DNA from: a virus
Direction: 5' to 3' (one strand)
Virus record (IMG/VR): IMGVR_UViG_3300027849_000009
Length of the DNA: 64,000 nt
Part shown: positions 37,588 through 44,833 of the stretch, one piece after another
Layout of the letters: each line of letters opens with the position of its first letter
Position numbering within the stretch: position 1 is the first letter of the stretch
The notes under the pieces: generated by a model
What the model saw: only the letters and a program-made list of their open reading frames with translations
Database searches by the model: none
What the model was told of the DNA's origin: nothing
Made by a program: the position numbers and the translations under genes

Positions 37588-37725
37588 ATGAAAAATGAAG
37601 TTTCTGTGTTGATGAATGACCTCGTTATGCTGATTGAAGCAAGCGAGTGTTATAACGAAACGTACTACAACAGCGAGTACAAGCGAATAATTAATCGAAT
37701 CATTGAACTAGGAGGGTTCTTATAA
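37588..37725 (+). CDS. Small hypothetical protein
   Basis: Same leader as the 36981 gene. Confidence 0.6.
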   Translation: MKNEVSVLMNDLVMLIEASECYNETYYNSEYKRIINRIIELGGFL

Positions 37726-37775
37726 CAAAATGTTCTAAGAAAGGTGTTGACAAAACATCATATCCATGAGATAAT
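37715..37775 (+). promoter_or_regulatory. Early promoter, family A copy 5
   Basis: TTATAACaaaatGTTCTAA; TTGACA(37747)-N17-GATAAT. Confidence 0.8.
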
Positions 37776-37807
37776 AGTACCCTATTGAGATGAGAGAGTT
37801 ATTAGTT

Positions 37808-38296
37808 ATGTTAGTTGAAGCGATCCAGTTTGCCACCGAGATGCACAAAGGTCAGGTACGAAAGTATACTGGTGAAGCATATATCACCCACCCTGTTGCC
37901 GTTGCTGATCTTGTTGAAGAGTATATGGATGCCAATGGTTACAGCGAAGATGAGATCATGGATGCCATGACCATCGCCGTCTTGCACGATACTGTCGAAG
38001 ACACCGAAGCAACCGAGGAAGACATCTTCCAGATGTACGGTGCTGATATTGCCAGCGGTGTTTGGTTCTTAACTAAGTGTCCTGACTATGTAGGTAACAG
38101 ACGAATTCGCAAGAAGATATGCGAAGAACGTCTCGCTCGTGCCCCACAAATTATTAAAATCATTAAGACATTTGATATGTACCACAACAGTCTAACCTTG
38201 GAAAGAGATGACCCTAAGTTCTACAAGGTCTTCATGGTCGAGACTGCCAGTTTGTTGAGCGCAATGAACACTACTGAAATCTTTCCGAAGAAGTAA
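37808..38296 (+). CDS. HD-domain hydrolase, SpoT/Mesh1-like small alarmone hydrolase family
   Basis: H.GQ.RKYTGE.YI.HP.AV, LHDTVEDT, IK..D..HN. Confidence 0.85.
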   Translation: MLVEAIQFATEMHKGQVRKYTGEAYITHPVAVADLVEEYMDANGYSEDEIMDAMTIAVLHDTVEDTEATEEDIFQMYGADIASGVWFLTKCPDYVGNRRIRKKICEERLARAPQIIKIIKTFDMYHNSLTLERDDPKFYKVFMVETASLLSAMNTTEIFPKK

Positions 38297-38321
38297 CTAC
38301 TTAAATTATTGGAGATATATT

Positions 38322-38675
38322 ATGGGTATTCACGTAAACATTTATAAGCAAGCAAGAGACGAAGATTCTATGTTCGGTAACGTGGACTGCACCGCTGGTG
38401 GTGAGTCAAGTTACGCAAAAGGTTTCACTGTGATGAACTGTGAAGGACCGTTCGAACCTTGTATGGATTATCCTGCCGCTGAACTTGTGATGGCAGAACC
38501 AATCGGTGGAAGAAAGATTCTTAGACTGTTTCCAGTTTCTAAGTTGAACAACAACATGACCATGTTCGGTGGAAACTATGCGGGTTGTTCTGACTCAAGG
38601 TTCTCAAGACTTTGTGACCAGTTACTCGGTAGTACGTTCTACGGTGCGGTTGCTGTCTTTGATAGAGTTGAGTGA
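38322..38675 (+). CDS. Conserved hypothetical protein
   Basis: MFGGNY...SDSRF...DRVE. Confidence 0.7.
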   Translation: MGIHVNIYKQARDEDSMFGNVDCTAGGESSYAKGFTVMNCEGPFEPCMDYPAAELVMAEPIGGRKILRLFPVSKLNNNMTMFGGNYAGCSDSRFSRLCDQLLGSTFYGAVAVFDRVE

Positions 38676-38676
38676 G

Positions 38677-38751
38677 ATTCATCAGATGAATAATCACTAT
38701 TCATGAGAAAAATGTGAAAAGTGTTGACACCCTGTGTGAATATGTTATAAT
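38677..38751 (+). promoter_or_regulatory. Early promoter, family B copy 6
   Basis: ATTC-N7-GAAT-N7-ATTC-N7-AAAT, 10 nt, TTGACA-N16-TATAAT. Confidence 0.85.
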
Positions 38752-38780
38752 GGTTGTACGAATTGAGAGAGAGATTAAAT

Positions 38781-39164
38781 ATGTTATATAATGATTACAA
38801 CGAAATCCCCGCAAACCTTCGCCGAGTTATCCTTGATGAGACGCTAGAGAAGCGTATAAACAAAGTGCCTTTGTCACTATGTAATCGAATCATCGATGAT
38901 TATGAGCGACATGAGGCAGAGATGGAAACACTTCGCCACTTCAGTGTTCAATATAAGAAGGGCAGTGTCACTAAGACATTCGAATACACAAGTGGTCAAG
39001 AAGCGTTGACCGCACTTGATCAGATGATTGGTTATGATGATAGAGACTTGTCTGTTGTTGCTGTTCTGAAGCAAGCAGATAGAGTTATTCGTGGTTACTT
39101 CAACGGTCAGTGGATTGTCCCTGCTCCGAAAGATGCTGTTAAATTTAATAAGGTTGGTGTTTAA
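38781..39164 (+). CDS. Early hypothetical protein
   Basis: First gene after promoter. Confidence 0.65.
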   Translation: MLYNDYNEIPANLRRVILDETLEKRINKVPLSLCNRIIDDYERHEAEMETLRHFSVQYKKGSVTKTFEYTSGQEALTALDQMIGYDDRDLSVVAVLKQADRVIRGYFNGQWIVPAPKDAVKFNKVGV

Positions 39165-39165
39165 T

Positions 39166-39441
39166 ATGATTATTGATAAAATTACTGTTACTACTGCGCA
39201 ACAAATTCCTAATGAAGATACTTCGTTTATACAGGATATGTACACATCAATTACTGTACGTGAGTTGTACGCTGTAGTAAAAAAGAAAGCGTTGGCGATA
39301 GCAGAAGATTTAGAATTGCAGACCCAAGGCAAAGCGCGTGTTAGCGTTGAGATGGTAGAGGGCGCGGGTGGTTTACCTTGCGCAGATATTTGGAGTTACG
39401 GAAGCATTACAAATCAAGTCTTCTGTACAGATGAGGTATAA
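39166..39441 (+). CDS. Hypothetical protein
   Basis: Coupled ORF. Confidence 0.55.
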   Translation: MIIDKITVTTAQQIPNEDTSFIQDMYTSITVRELYAVVKKKALAIAEDLELQTQGKARVSVEMVEGAGGLPCADIWSYGSITNQVFCTDEV

Positions 39442-40020
39442 ATGAGAGAAGATAATATAATTTTAACTGACATCGACGGAGTAGTTCTTAACTGGTTCTA
39501 TGCGTTTGATGTCTGGATGTTAGAACATGGACATGAGCGTAGAGATGGTGTTCTACAATATGATGTATCAGAAACATATGGTATTGGCAAAGCACAAGCA
39601 AAACAAATGGTTCGTATGTTCAATGAGAGTGCCGCAATGGGATTCTTACCGCCTCTACGTGATGCAATGCACTACATGAAGAAGTTGCACGAAGAGCATG
39701 GATATGTTTTCCATGCAATCACTAGTCAGAGCAGTAACCCTAATGCGCAGAAGTTGCGAATTATGAATCTTCAGAAGTTATTTGGAGAAACTCTATTCGC
39801 GAAGTTCACTATTCTTGGTTGTGGTGATGACAAAGACGAAGCACTTGAACCATATCGCGATTCCGGTTATACTTGGGTTGAAGATAAAGTAGAGAATGCT
39901 GAGTTGGGTGTTAAGTTAGGACTCGATAGTCTATTGATGGAACATGGATTCAACATGGATCACGAAACTATTCCTTGTATGAAAAACTGGAAAGACATCT
40001 ATGAGCGACTTGTAGGTTAA
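39442..40020 (+). CDS. HAD-family phosphatase (T4 30.2-like)
   Basis: LTDIDGV, WVEDK.EN. Confidence 0.8.
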   Translation: MREDNIILTDIDGVVLNWFYAFDVWMLEHGHERRDGVLQYDVSETYGIGKAQAKQMVRMFNESAAMGFLPPLRDAMHYMKKLHEEHGYVFHAITSQSSNPNAQKLRIMNLQKLFGETLFAKFTILGCGDDKDEALEPYRDSGYTWVEDKVENAELGVKLGLDSLLMEHGFNMDHETIPCMKNWKDIYERLVG

Positions 40021-40029
40021 TATGTTATG

Positions 40030-40054
40030 GGGAGTGGCGTTATGTGCTACTCCC
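40030..40054 (+). terminator. Stem-loop, probable terminator ending the early block
   Basis: GGGAGTGGC/GCTACTCCC stem. Confidence 0.55.
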
Positions 40055-40067
40055 TAACACGTTTCTG

Positions 40068-40098
40068 TCCCTTATAAATAAAACATTATATCGAGGGA
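40068..40098 (+). promoter_or_regulatory. Late promoter with SD-sequestering hairpin
   Basis: TATAAATA 40073; TCCCTTATAA pairs with TTATA..AGGGA. Confidence 0.6.
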
Positions 40099-40106
40099 AT
40101 CAATCA

Positions 40107-41558
40107 ATGCCAGCGTTAGGTTTAGATGAGTTTAAAAATATAGCGTCATCCGGTGACTATGCTGGCACTTATAGGCATGAAATTTTCAATCTCAAGATCA
40201 GAGACAAAAAACCATTCATAATAGGCAACACTGAAGCGGGCAGAAAAGTTGTCGGCGTATCTTATGAGTATGATCCCCGCGATACTAGTCATAAAGGCAC
40301 ATTCACCTACTACATCCACAACAAGAAAGAACTCATATCTGTATCTAATAGAAAGGTATTTAAAGATGGAGACTTTGGTGGAGGCAAAGCAGGATCAGGT
40401 GGTGGTGCTGAAGTAACCAAGTTTACTGAGTCTACACAGTGCTACTATTGTGCCTATGTGTTCAAGCATGGACGTAAGATCGATCTGAAGAAACCTCCTA
40501 CTACTGCTGAACTCAAATCATGTGAGAATCTGGTATATGCCACAAAGTCACTTGATGATTGTATCAAGAAAGGACCCGCAAAATGGTTCGAAGACCAGAT
40601 ATATGCTAAGACTGCTAATGTGATGTTCGAGAAATACAAGGGCAAGTTCAAAGGCACTGTATACTTTCATCGTTCTGGTGATGGCAGTAGGTCTAAGTTG
40701 ATGGACAGCATCTATCAAGCAAAGTTAATTTGTGCTAGAAAAGATCGACAGTCTGGTGAACCTCAAGCACCTGGTAGTTTCTCTAATGACAAATGGAATC
40801 CCGGTGACATATGGGCAACAACATTACCTAACGAAGCAAAACCTCTGCACGACTTCACAGATTCGTGGGGCGAACTCAATGATGCTGTAGCAAGACTGAG
40901 TGGTGCTTTCGGTGGTGATGCTAAGATTCTAGGCATATCTTTGAAGCGACTAGCAGGAATGGGTAAAGTACAAGAGTTCAATATTCCTGGCACCAAGACA
41001 TTCGATGATATCTCATTCTCACATTTTACCTTCGGTCAAATCAATAACTTCTTCTCATCTACTGATGCCTACTTGTATACATTAGTACAGGGCAGAATGC
41101 AGTTAAGAACATTCTCTACTACATCATCTTGGCAGGGACAGATTACTGGTGCGGCGGCAGCAGGTGGTAAGATTGGTGGTGGTAACTTAGCATTCTATCT
41201 AAATCTAGTCACTAATGGTACAGTTAGAATGTTCGGTGCATTAGGAACTGAAGATAATCTCATCAGAAATGAAATAAATAATAACGCTAAATATAGTAAT
41301 GATTTCTATAAGTTGTATGTTAATTTAGCGAAAAGTTCTAAGAACCAAAGGCAAGAAGTGCCGCTGTCCGAATCAGAGTTTGATAAGAAACTCAGTCAAG
41401 CGACAGATGGTTTTAGAGTATCAAAATACATTACCAGTAGATTTATAAATGAGTTGTTAAAATTAACTGCTAAAGAGCAGGACGAAATAATGACCTTGTG
41501 TTGGTTGTATGCATCTTCTGCAACAGACCAATCTAGTTATTATATTAAAATAGCATAG
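40107..41558 (+). CDS. Late protein with PD-(D/E)xK-like nuclease motif
   Basis: TE.TQC, KWNPGDIW, GISLK. Confidence 0.55.
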   Translation: MPALGLDEFKNIASSGDYAGTYRHEIFNLKIRDKKPFIIGNTEAGRKVVGVSYEYDPRDTSHKGTFTYYIHNKKELISVSNRKVFKDGDFGGGKAGSGGGAEVTKFTESTQCYYCAYVFKHGRKIDLKKPPTTAELKSCENLVYATKSLDDCIKKGPAKWFEDQIYAKTANVMFEKYKGKFKGTVYFHRSGDGSRSKLMDSIYQAKLICARKDRQSGEPQAPGSFSNDKWNPGDIWATTLPNEAKPLHDFTDSWGELNDAVARLSGAFGGDAKILGISLKRLAGMGKVQEFNIPGTKTFDDISFSHFTFGQINNFFSSTDAYLYTLVQGRMQLRTFSTTSSWQGQITGAAAAGGKIGGGNLAFYLNLVTNGTVRMFGALGTEDNLIRNEINNNAKYSNDFYKLYVNLAKSSKNQRQEVPLSESEFDKKLSQATDGFRVSKYITSRFINELLKLTAKEQDEIMTLCWLYASSATDQSSYYIKIA

Positions 41559-41565
41559 AAATAGG

Positions 41566-41593
41566 TTGACAACCAGTACCAGTATGTTATAAT
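41566..41593 (+). promoter_or_regulatory. Sigma70-type promoter
   Basis: TTGACA-N16-TATAAT. Confidence 0.6.
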
Positions 41594-41625
41594 AGCATAT
41601 TACTTACTAGAACTAAGAGAGAAAT

Positions 41626-41922
41626 ATGAAGTCATTCAAAGTATATCTTCAAGAATCCATCAAAGTAAAGTGGAATAAAGTTGCTGATGGATACGTGAAT
41701 AAAAAGATGGTGTACAAACACGTTACTTCTGATGGTATGTATCAAATACGTATATCTGGTGCTGATTCTATGAAATTTAATAAAGATGGCAGTCAGAAAG
41801 TGATGCCAACAGTCTTTGATATGCATCCAGCATCATATAGTCCAAGATACCCCGTTAGCGGTTATAAGAATGTTACTATAGCGAAAGCAGAAGTTGAAAG
41901 GTGGATTGCTGATCATGAATAA
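41626..41922 (+). CDS. Putative internal head protein
   Basis: N-terminus MKSFKVYLQE, similar to the T4 IP capsid-targeting sequence. Confidence 0.6.
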   Translation: MKSFKVYLQESIKVKWNKVADGYVNKKMVYKHVTSDGMYQIRISGADSMKFNKDGSQKVMPTVFDMHPASYSPRYPVSGYKNVTIAKAEVERWIADHE

Positions 41923-43144
41923 TTTTAACGAGTTCATTACAGAAGCGGCACAAAAGAACACCCATATGACCCACATCGAAGATAAGGTCATCTACGGTGG
42001 TGCTAATGGAACTCGTCAAGCAATCAATGCTCTTCGTGAGTTAAGAGATATGCTTGGCGGTAAGAAAGAAGGTTCTGTATCAGTCAAGTGGGACGGTGCA
42101 CCAGCAGTATTTGCCGGTACTGATCCCTCTGACGGTAAGTTCTTTGTTGCTAAGAAAGGTATCTTCAATAAGAATCCAAAGATATACAAGACTGATGCTG
42201 ACATCGATGACGATACATCTGGTGATCTCAATGACAAACTAAAACTTGCATTGAAGTATTTACCTGAACTTGGTATTAAAGGAGTCATTCAAGGCGACTT
42301 TCTATACAAGCGTTCTGAACTAAAGAAGAAAAAGATCGGTACAGAAACATATCTTACCTTTCACCCTAACACAATCGTGTATGCAGTACCCGTAAAACAA
42401 TCTAAAGAACTTCTCGCTTCTAAAATCGGCATTGTATGGCACACTACATATACAGGTAGTTCTTTTGAAACTATGAGCGCATCATATGGTGTTGATGTAA
42501 ACAAACTGAAGAAGTCAACTAATGTCTGGTCACAGGATGCTATATTGCGTGATGTGTCTAATGCTACGATGACTAAAAAAGAAACGGATGAAGTAAATGA
42601 AACTCTATCACAAATTGGCAAACTTTTTAACCAAATCTCTGGAAGCACTCTTCGAGTATTATCCTCTAACCCAGGACTTGCACAGACCATCGAGACCTTT
42701 AATAACACCTACGTTAGACGAGGAGAAGTTATCGGAGACTCCAAAAAGCACGCCGAAAAACTCATCGCCTACATCAACCAAAAGTACCAAAAAGAAATCG
42801 ACAAGCGCAAAACCGAAAAAGGCAAAGGCGCCCAGCAAGCAAAGCGCGACGAAATCCTCAAGTTCTTCAGCAAAGAAAACAAAATAAGTCTAATTAAGAT
42901 GTTTGAATTGCAGAAATTGATTGTTTTAGTTAAATTAAAACTTATAAATAACCTTAATAGATTAAGTAATATTGGTGCGTTTGTTAAAACTAAGAACGGA
43001 TACAAGACTACTGGTCAAGAAGGTTATGTTGCAATAGACACACTTGGTGGTGATGCGGTGAAACTAGTTGATCGTATGGAGTTTTCATACAACAACTTTT
43101 CACCTGATATATTAAAAGGATGGGATAAACCAAAAGGTAAATAA
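41915..43144 (+). CDS. ATP-dependent ligase-fold protein with IP-like N-terminus
   Basis: Motif I KWDG, QGDFL, motif IV EGYV, motif V KLVDR; MNNFNEFITE. Confidence 0.65.
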   Translation: MNNFNEFITEAAQKNTHMTHIEDKVIYGGANGTRQAINALRELRDMLGGKKEGSVSVKWDGAPAVFAGTDPSDGKFFVAKKGIFNKNPKIYKTDADIDDDTSGDLNDKLKLALKYLPELGIKGVIQGDFLYKRSELKKKKIGTETYLTFHPNTIVYAVPVKQSKELLASKIGIVWHTTYTGSSFETMSASYGVDVNKLKKSTNVWSQDAILRDVSNATMTKKETDEVNETLSQIGKLFNQISGSTLRVLSSNPGLAQTIETFNNTYVRRGEVIGDSKKHAEKLIAYINQKYQKEIDKRKTEKGKGAQQAKRDEILKFFSKENKISLIKMFELQKLIVLVKLKLINNLNRLSNIGAFVKTKNGYKTTGQEGYVAIDTLGGDAVKLVDRMEFSYNNFSPDILKGWDKPKGK

Positions 43145-43145
43145 G

Positions 43146-43580
43146 ATGGCAGATAAACCATTATCGTTTAAAGACTTTTTAACAGTTGACTACAGTCAGA
43201 CTGGTGAAAGAGTACAAGCGACAAACGCTAAACAGCGTAAAGAAACTGACGAAGCACTCGACTTTCAACAGAGACGTGCCCGCGGTCGTTCGATGAAAAA
43301 GAACAAAGCAAAGATAGCGATGGGTCGTAGACGTGCCGCTAAGAAAACTGCTAGTCAAGATGTCCTTAAGAAACGTGCCCGCAAAGGCGCGATCAATCAA
43401 CTATTCAAAAAATTCGCAAAGGGCACTTCACGGTCTGATTTACCTGCATCTCGGCGTCAAGAGATCGAGAAGCGTATCGAGAAAATGAAATCCAAAGTGA
43501 ATATGATTGCACGTAAGAACTTACCTGCTATTCGCAAATTAGAGAAAGATCGCCGACAGGGTGGAAATACTCCAAAATGA
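43146..43580 (+). CDS. Very basic putative internal/core protein
   Basis: SFKDFL N-terminus, K/R-rich body. Confidence 0.65.
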   Translation: MADKPLSFKDFLTVDYSQTGERVQATNAKQRKETDEALDFQQRRARGRSMKKNKAKIAMGRRRAAKKTASQDVLKKRARKGAINQLFKKFAKGTSRSDLPASRRQEIEKRIEKMKSKVNMIARKNLPAIRKLEKDRRQGGNTPK

Positions 43581-44824
43581 TTCCTTCCTTTAAACAGTAT
43601 CTCGTAGAAGAGAACCGTGAAGTGTTCTTCACATTCGGTCGTATGAATCCTCCTACGATCGGACACGGCAAACTACTGTCAGTACTATCCACTAAAGCGG
43701 GCAAGAATCCCTGGTTCGCTTATGTCTCACAATCACAAAACGCAAAGAAAGATCCCTTAACCTACGACCAGAAAGTGAAACACGTTCGCAAGATGTTTCC
43801 TAAGTTTGGTCGTAATGTAATGCTTGATAAGAAAGTACGTACAGTGTTTGATATTGCTGTAATACTATTCGATCAAGGTTTCAATCGCATTACAATGGTT
43901 GTTGGTTCGGATCGTGTAACAGAATTTAAGACTCTCCTTGACAAGTACAATGGTGAGAAAGCGCGACATGGTTTCTACAACTTCGAAAAGATTATGGTTG
44001 TCTCTGCTGGTGAACGTGATCCTGATGCCGAAGGCGTTGAGGGAATGTCTGCATCTAAGCAACGCGAGAATGCCAAGAACAATGATTTCGCATCATTCTC
44101 TCAGGGTGTTCCTAAGTCGATGAATGCGAGAGATGCAAAGCGTCTGTTCAATGATGTTCGCGGTGGGATGGGACTCAAAGAAACAACTACATTTAGAAAT
44201 CACATTGAACTTGAATCAGTATCAGAGACACGAGAGAAATTCATTCAAGGTGAGTTATTCAATCTTACTGACAAAGTTATTATTAGCGAGTCAGGTAAGT
44301 CGGGATACATTCAGACTATTGGTACTAACTATGTTATCGTAGCATTAGATGAAGGTGGCATTACTCGTCAATGGATAGAATCAGTTGAGTTAGCAGAAGT
44401 ACCAACAAGTCAGATGATCGATAAGATTAAAGCATCTACTGTATCTAAGAAGCGATATCAGACAGCACTCAAAATACTAAAAGATGTTGTTGCTCGTAAG
44501 AAGAAAGAAGCGAATGGTAAACCCATGCGTCACGGTATCGAATACTACGCTGGACAAATCGCTAAACAGTATGATATTAATCCTCGGGTTCTTGCTACTA
44601 TGCATGAGACTAATGTTCCTGGATGGGGAACACCAGAAGCAACTAAGAAAGCGAAGAAGTATGTGCCTGGTCAGAATGAAGCGAAGGGTGACGAAGTTGC
44701 CATAGCAAGAGATGTTATCGACCAAGAACTTCAGACAGACAAGATTAAACATGACCGTATTCTTGATCGTGCGAGACTAAACCGCGCTAGACGCAAGAAT
44801 AAACAAACAAATCCAAAAGTATAA
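43577..44824 (+). CDS. HxGH nucleotidyltransferase (cytidyltransferase-like) with C-terminal extra domains
   Basis: FGRMNPPTIGH, VVGSDR, SAGERDPDA, MSASK.R; MIPSFKQYLVE. Confidence 0.85.
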   Translation: MIPSFKQYLVEENREVFFTFGRMNPPTIGHGKLLSVLSTKAGKNPWFAYVSQSQNAKKDPLTYDQKVKHVRKMFPKFGRNVMLDKKVRTVFDIAVILFDQGFNRITMVVGSDRVTEFKTLLDKYNGEKARHGFYNFEKIMVVSAGERDPDAEGVEGMSASKQRENAKNNDFASFSQGVPKSMNARDAKRLFNDVRGGMGLKETTTFRNHIELESVSETREKFIQGELFNLTDKVIISESGKSGYIQTIGTNYVIVALDEGGITRQWIESVELAEVPTSQMIDKIKASTVSKKRYQTALKILKDVVARKKKEANGKPMRHGIEYYAGQIAKQYDINPRVLATMHETNVPGWGTPEATKKAKKYVPGQNEAKGDEVAIARDVIDQELQTDKIKHDRILDRARLNRARRKNKQTNPKV

Positions 44825-44827
44825 ATA
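44820..44827 (+). promoter_or_regulatory. Possible late promoter
   Basis: TATAAATA 6 nt before the ATG at 44834. Confidence 0.4.
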
Positions 44828-44833
44828 GGACAT

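Noticed and set aside
14699-38751. Family B dyad ATGAAT-N7-ATTCAT as an ARG, MetR or Fur box
   Set aside because: ARG boxes have TGAAT-N4-ATTCA and MetR has TGAA-N5-TTCA, so the spacing does not fit. The match to the Fur 19-mer is poor. The four-tetramer LysR geometry fits better.
42597-42887. Overlapping 96-aa S/T/K/P-rich ORF as a real gene
   Set aside because: It is explained by local T depletion removing stop codons; low complexity and no clear SD.
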